Shown here piece after piece: positions 36,039 to 39,992 of a stretch of DNA of 39,992 nucleotides (its first letter is position 1; each line of letters opens with the position of its first letter). Both the position numbers and the translations under genes were made by a program. Origin of the DNA: a virus (taxonomy: Duplodnaviria > Heunggongvirae > Uroviricota > Caudoviricetes); IMG/VR virus record IMGVR_UViG_2875722834_000002, positions 1 to 39,992 of that record; one strand, 5' to 3'. The notes under the pieces were generated by a model that searched no databases, was not told where the DNA came from, and was given only the letters and a program-made list of their open reading frames with translations.

Positions 36039-36734
36039 TTATGCACTATTTTTAGGTCTTGTAACCCGAGGTGGGAGTTGTTTGGTTATATGTTCAAGTG
36101 ATTTTTTGCCCAAGATAGTTCTTTGGACAAAACTTTCTATAGCTTCTAGCATTTGTTCGAACTCACTTTTATTCGGGCTCCAACTGCGATGTGCGGCGGC
36201 GTTTCCTGCATCAATTACAGAAGATATAACGCATGCCTCAGTGTCGCCTATGACTCCATCTTGTTTTAATTTTTCAACTTTTTCACCAAGCGGCAAACCG
36301 GGGTGAATTTGTAACAGTTCAGCAGTTCGATCAAAAATCGTCCGTAAACCGATGGACGAAAGGATGAAATGGTCAGAAGTATATGAAGAATACATTTCAT
36401 TAAATATTTGAAAGAGCTGACGATCAACTGATTCAAGCTTGGATAACCATATCGGAGCTTGAAATGTTTCAGCGGCAGGATAGGTAGTGATCATATCTAT
36501 AGGCGTTTCTACAAATTCACCATCACGATATTCGTGGGTAGTATGCTCACTGAAGTGTTCGTTGTGGTGATAGAAGACAGTATCACAGCCATTGCATTGG
36601 AGTAGGTGATGGTAATGGTACCCATAAACTGGATATTGGGAATCCTCCCAGCTAGTGGTTAGCTTCCCATGCACAGTGCAGTTACGTAACCCACCGCATG
36701 TAGGGCAAAGAGCCTTGAGTATTTCCTTTTTCAT
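36039..36734 (-). CDS. Zinc-ribbon protein with C-terminal DUF4145-like helical domain (candidate Abi/defence gene)
   Basis: N-terminal CPTCGG...C...CNGC zinc ribbon; C-terminal ...GEKVEKLKQDGVIGDTEACVISSVIDAGNAAAHRSW...FEQMLEAIESFVQRTI resembles DUF4145; AT-rich; own sigma70-like promoter. Confidence 0.6.
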   Translation of the reverse strand: MKKEILKALCPTCGGLRNCTVHGKLTTSWEDSQYPVYGYHYHHLLQCNGCDTVFYHHNEHFSEHTTHEYRDGEFVETPIDMITTYPAAETFQAPIWLSKLESVDRQLFQIFNEMYSSYTSDHFILSSIGLRTIFDRTAELLQIHPGLPLGEKVEKLKQDGVIGDTEACVISSVIDAGNAAAHRSWSPNKSEFEQMLEAIESFVQRTILGKKSLEHITKQLPPRVTRPKNSA

Positions 36735-37082
36735 AAAGTCTCTGATTCTATATGTAGGTTAAGACCACTATTAGCTATACGGACCTAATAATCAATCGTG
36801 TGCAGATACAAAAAAGCCCGTATAGCGGGATTTCATGTCACTAAGGGCCGCGGCTACTTTGCGTATCTTTTTTGTCTTCTCACCGTCTGGCCGGTATTTT
36901 GCTGAGACTGCTTATTTCCAGTTTTTACTAGTGCTGTACTGGTACTGCCCAATCATGATTGGTGGGGGACGGAGTTGAAACCGCAGCCACGTCGTATGCA
37001 AGAACGCGCTGCGGTTGGCTGGTGAACTTTCGATAGTGCGAGTATTGAATGATTTCCAGCCGTTACAGATTTTACGTGTTTA

Positions 37083-37331
37083 TTAGTGAACAAACCACTC
37101 GTCAGCAGATTCCCAGGTATCTTTCAGAGTCTCCTGAACAAAAGTTTTTGCAGAATCCTTATCTGCGGTGCGTGTAACAGAAAGGCCATCATTGCTGGTG
37201 GCTTTTACTAACACCTCAACATCGTCATAACGCTTACTGATGCGTCGGGTTAATTCTTCCTTTAACGCATCCACAGCACCGGTTGGCATTTTAGTCATTT
37301 TTTCTTTGGCTATGCAGATTTCAATACGCAT
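37083..37331 (-). CDS. dinI: DinI-family protein
   Basis: 82 aa, [11 protein letters not shown]...[16 protein letters not shown] matches the DinI family; two LexA boxes upstream. Confidence 0.8.
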   Translation of the reverse strand: MRIEICIAKEKMTKMPTGAVDALKEELTRRISKRYDDVEVLVKATSNDGLSVTRTADKDSAKTFVQETLKDTWESADEWFVH

Positions 37332-37346
37332 AAAAGTCCCTCCATA

Positions 37347-37390
37347 CTGTGTTTGTATACAGTATTATTTTTAACTGTATGGATAAACAG
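37347..37390. promoter_or_regulatory. Two LexA (SOS) boxes in the dinI promoter region
   Basis: CTGT-N8-ACAG twice: ctgtgtttgtatacag (37347-37362) and ctgtatggataaacag (37375-37390). Confidence 0.65.
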
Positions 37391-37392
37391 TG

Positions 37393-38490
37393 TCAAGAGG
37401 TCTTATTTCTGCTCCTTTGGAGCTCTTCAAAACGATTATGTAAAGATTTCGGATACAGTTCGGTATATACCTGCCATAGCACGTTTAATGAACGATGCCC
37501 TGTAACCTGGGCGACTTCCTCAATACTAAAACCAGCCTCAAATAAGCGACTTGCCCCTTCTCTACGCAAATCATGGTATCGCAGATCCTTAATACCTAAT
37601 TTGCTTCTTACTCTCTGAAATCCCGCAGTAACAGAAGTGCTGTTATATGGAAAAATGAATTCCGATTTTTGGGGCTGTCGTTGGACGATATCCCAGGCTT
37701 CCCCAAGCAAGGCTACTTTCATGTGGTTGCCTTCCTTTTTGCGTGGATCTTTCCTGTCTCTTACGAGTATAGATTTTTGTTCCTGGTCGAGATCTTCCCA
37801 TCGTAACCGGCATACTTCTCCGATTCGCATACAGGACCATACAGAAAATTTGAGGATATCAACGAACGGAATTTTTGAGCATTTATGAGTAGATCGTTGT
37901 TGAAGGCCTGCAATGAGCATGTCCAGTTCATCAGATGCTGGTCTACGATTACGACGGTTTGATTTACCAATCAAACCAAGTTTAAGTAGATATGGGCGAG
38001 CGCTTATCGCCGGGTTTGATGTGTAATTAATTCCGTATACAGGTTTGGCCGCATCCAGAACACTGCCAAGATAACTAACATCGTGGCTGACTGTTGCAGG
38101 ACCTGCACCAGCGTTGTTTCTTAGCCTGCAATGTTCAATTACGTCATTTTCTGTCAGTTCAGATAGTTTGATCGCGGAGATGTCACTATCCATAAGCAGT
38201 TCCAGCACATATCTTTTAGTACGGCCTGCTTTACCTCCGGCATTTGGGTCATTTAAATATTTGTGTAGTAAGTCACGGACTGTAAGTCCGTCAACTGCAT
38301 TTGATGATGGAATGCCATATAGATCTAATTCCATCACTTTCTGTGTGCCCCATGTTTTGGCATGAGCATGTTTAGGGAATGTTTTGCTTTCCCTGTAAGT
38401 GATAACACCTTTTTCTTTGATAATCACATTACAGCGATAGCGTGGTGTGCCATCGGATTTTAGTCGTTTCTCTATGTTATAGTACGCCAT
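37393..38490 (-). CDS. int: Tyrosine integrase (dusA-associated type)
   Basis: 365 aa; C-terminal catalytic region with HDLRR, GHRS and a Tyr in ...WQVYTELY; divergent from dusA. Confidence 0.85.
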   Translation of the reverse strand: MAYYNIEKRLKSDGTPRYRCNVIIKEKGVITYRESKTFPKHAHAKTWGTQKVMELDLYGIPSSNAVDGLTVRDLLHKYLNDPNAGGKAGRTKRYVLELLMDSDISAIKLSELTENDVIEHCRLRNNAGAGPATVSHDVSYLGSVLDAAKPVYGINYTSNPAISARPYLLKLGLIGKSNRRNRRPASDELDMLIAGLQQRSTHKCSKIPFVDILKFSVWSCMRIGEVCRLRWEDLDQEQKSILVRDRKDPRKKEGNHMKVALLGEAWDIVQRQPQKSEFIFPYNSTSVTAGFQRVRSKLGIKDLRYHDLRREGASRLFEAGFSIEEVAQVTGHRSLNVLWQVYTELYPKSLHNRFEELQRSRNKTS

Positions 38491-38578
38491 TACACGACCT
38501 CGTTATTTCGGGTTCCCATAAAACGTGGGAACCTGTGCGGGAACCTAACGCGAGAAAAATAGCCTGAAATGTTCAAAA

Positions 38579-39616
38579 ATGCACGATAATCATGAAACAA
38601 AAAAAATTAATCAAACCAGCGTGATGCCTGAAAAAACTGGTGTTTACTGGAATTCTCGGTTTAGCATTGCTCCTATGCTCGACTGGACGGACAGACATTG
38701 CCGCTATTTCTTGCGTCTGCTTTCCCGCAATACGTTGCTGTATACCGAAATGGTGACCACAGGGGCGATTATTCACGGTAAAGGTGATTATCTGGCGTAC
38801 AGTGAAGAAGAACATCCGGTAGCGTTGCAACTGGGCGGTAGCGATCCGGCGGCGCTGGCGCAGTGTGCAAAGCTGGCAGAAGCGCGCGGATATGATGAGA
38901 TCAACCTGAATGTCGGCTGCCCGTCTGACCGGGTGCAGAACGGCATGTTTGGTGCGTGTCTGATGGGTAATGCGCAGCTGGTTGCCGACTGCGTGAAAGC
39001 GATGCGCGATGTGGTGTCGATTCCGGTGACGGTGAAAACGCGTATTGGCATCGACGACCAGGACAGCTATGAATTTCTCTGCGATTTCATCAATACCGTT
39101 TCCGGCAATGGCGAGTGTGAGATGTTCATCATCCACGCACGTAAAGCCTGGCTTTCGGGGTTAAGCCCGAAAGAAAACCGTGAAATCCCGCCGCTCGATT
39201 ATCCGCGTGTGTATCAACTGAAGCGTGACTTTCCGCATCTGACAATGTCGATTAACGGTGGTATCAAGTCGCTGGAAGAGGCCAAAGCACACCTGCAACA
39301 TATGGATGGCGTGATGGTCGGGCGCGAGGCGTATCAGAATCCGGGTATTCTGGCGGCGGTAGACCGGGAGATCTTTGGTTCCTCGGATACCGATGCCGAT
39401 CCGGTGGCGGTAGTGCGCGCCATGTATCCGTACATTGAGCGTGAACTCAGCCAGGGGACGTATCTCGGCCATATTACCCGGCATATGTTGGGCTTGTTCC
39501 AGGGTATTCCTGGCGCGCGGCAGTGGCGGCGTTATTTAAGTGAAAATGCCCATAAAGCGGGTGCAGACATTAATGTGCTGGAACACGCGCTCAAACTGGT
39601 GGCGGATAAGCGTTAA
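38579..39616 (+). CDS. dusA: tRNA-dihydrouridine synthase A; the true start may be the internal ATG at 38624, and the 5' end may be prophage-derived
   Basis: Full-length Dus family protein matching enterobacterial DusA over essentially its whole length. Confidence 0.9.
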   Translation: MHDNHETKKINQTSVMPEKTGVYWNSRFSIAPMLDWTDRHCRYFLRLLSRNTLLYTEMVTTGAIIHGKGDYLAYSEEEHPVALQLGGSDPAALAQCAKLAEARGYDEINLNVGCPSDRVQNGMFGACLMGNAQLVADCVKAMRDVVSIPVTVKTRIGIDDQDSYEFLCDFINTVSGNGECEMFIIHARKAWLSGLSPKENREIPPLDYPRVYQLKRDFPHLTMSINGGIKSLEEAKAHLQHMDGVMVGREAYQNPGILAAVDREIFGSSDTDADPVAVVRAMYPYIERELSQGTYLGHITRHMLGLFQGIPGARQWRRYLSENAHKAGADINVLEHALKLVADKR

Positions 39617-39698
39617 CTTTTCACCAAAAAGTAGTCAAATTCACCACGCCCTGCGCACCGTCGCGGGGCGTTTTGCTGTTAAATCAATAGATTATTTT

Positions 39699-39714
39699 TG
39701 GCATGATTCTTGTA
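39699..39714 (+). promoter_or_regulatory. Putative sigma54 promoter of pspG
   Basis: TGGCATG-ATTC-TTGTA matches the -24/-12 consensus TGGCACG-N4-TTGCW at all but two positions, about 35 nt upstream of the pspG ATG. Confidence 0.4.
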
Positions 39715-39749
39715 ATGCCAGCAAGAGATTTCATATTTGGGAGAGCATC

Positions 39750-39992
39750 ATGCTGGAACTACTTTTTGTGATTGGCTTTTTTGTCATGCTGATGGTCACC
39801 GGCGTTTCGTTGCTGGGCATTATCGCCGCGCTGGTTGTGGCGACGGCCATTATGTTCCTCGGCGGTATGCTGGCATTGATGATTAAGTTGCTGCCGTGGT
39901 TACTACTGGCGATTGCGGTGGTGTGGGTTATTAAGGCGATTAAAGCACCAAAAGTGCCGAAATATCAGCGTTATGACCGCTGGCGTTACTAA
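39750..39992 (+). CDS. pspG: Phage shock protein G
   Basis: 80-aa hydrophobic protein MLELLFVIGFFVMLMVTGVSLLGIIAAL... ending KYQRYDRWRY; internal start of the track ORF 39540-39992. Confidence 0.85.
   Translation: MLELLFVIGFFVMLMVTGVSLLGIIAALVVATAIMFLGGMLALMIKLLPWLLLAIAVVWVIKAIKAPKVPKYQRYDRWRY

Larger units (their letters stand above)
1..38650. mobile_element. Integrated temperate phage (lambdoid switch, HK97-type head, Mu/e14-type contractile tail) inserted at dusA; left boundary not resolved and probably outside the window
   Basis: Contiguous phage gene set: cI/cro switch, O-like replication gene, Q, holin-endolysin-spanins, HNH-TerS-TerL, portal, protease, capsid, sheath/tube/tape measure/baseplate/fibre, then a tyrosine integrase (37393-38490) divergent from host dusA. 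Right end placed approximately, inside the 5' part of dusA. Confidence 0.85.

Noticed and set aside
38573-39136. 187-aa minus-strand ORF overlapping dusA
   Set aside because: Antisense to a highly conserved host gene; composition typical of a spurious ORF.

Overview
Almost the whole window (1 to about 38.6 kb) is one integrated temperate phage in an Escherichia-like chromosome, inserted at the 5' end of dusA; host dusA and pspG occupy the last 1.4 kb. The phage is mosaic: a leftward early operon resembling CPS-53 (YfdP/Q/R/S-like genes, DEDDh exonuclease, PrtN-like gene), a CI / Cro(YdaS-like) / YdaT-like switch, an O-like replication gene with internal iterons, Dam-like methylase, RusA, KilA-N, DUF968, antiterminator Q, a lambda-like lysis cassette, HNH-TerS-TerL, HK97-type head genes and a Mu/e14-type contractile tail ending in a tail fibre, Tfa and a Pin-like invertase. 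Four AT-rich cargo loci stand out as candidates for an undescribed accessory or defence function: a standalone zinc-ribbon + DUF4145-like gene between the invertase and dinI/int (36039-36734, the position mcrA occupies in e14); a Panacea(DUF4065)-domain gene coupled to an unknown 153-aa partner at the left end (1-1049); a small self-terminated gene between the tape-measure and DNA-circulation genes (28479-28856); and a PapI/FaeA-like small gene plus an orphan DPPY methyltransferase between Q and the holin (13160-14623). Other notable structure includes perfect tandem repeats inside two tail genes, a canonical -1 frameshift site in the tail chaperone, and two LexA boxes upstream of dinI. All calls rest on reading the sequence and remembered family signatures; no database search was run, so family names are hypotheses to confirm by HMM or structure search.
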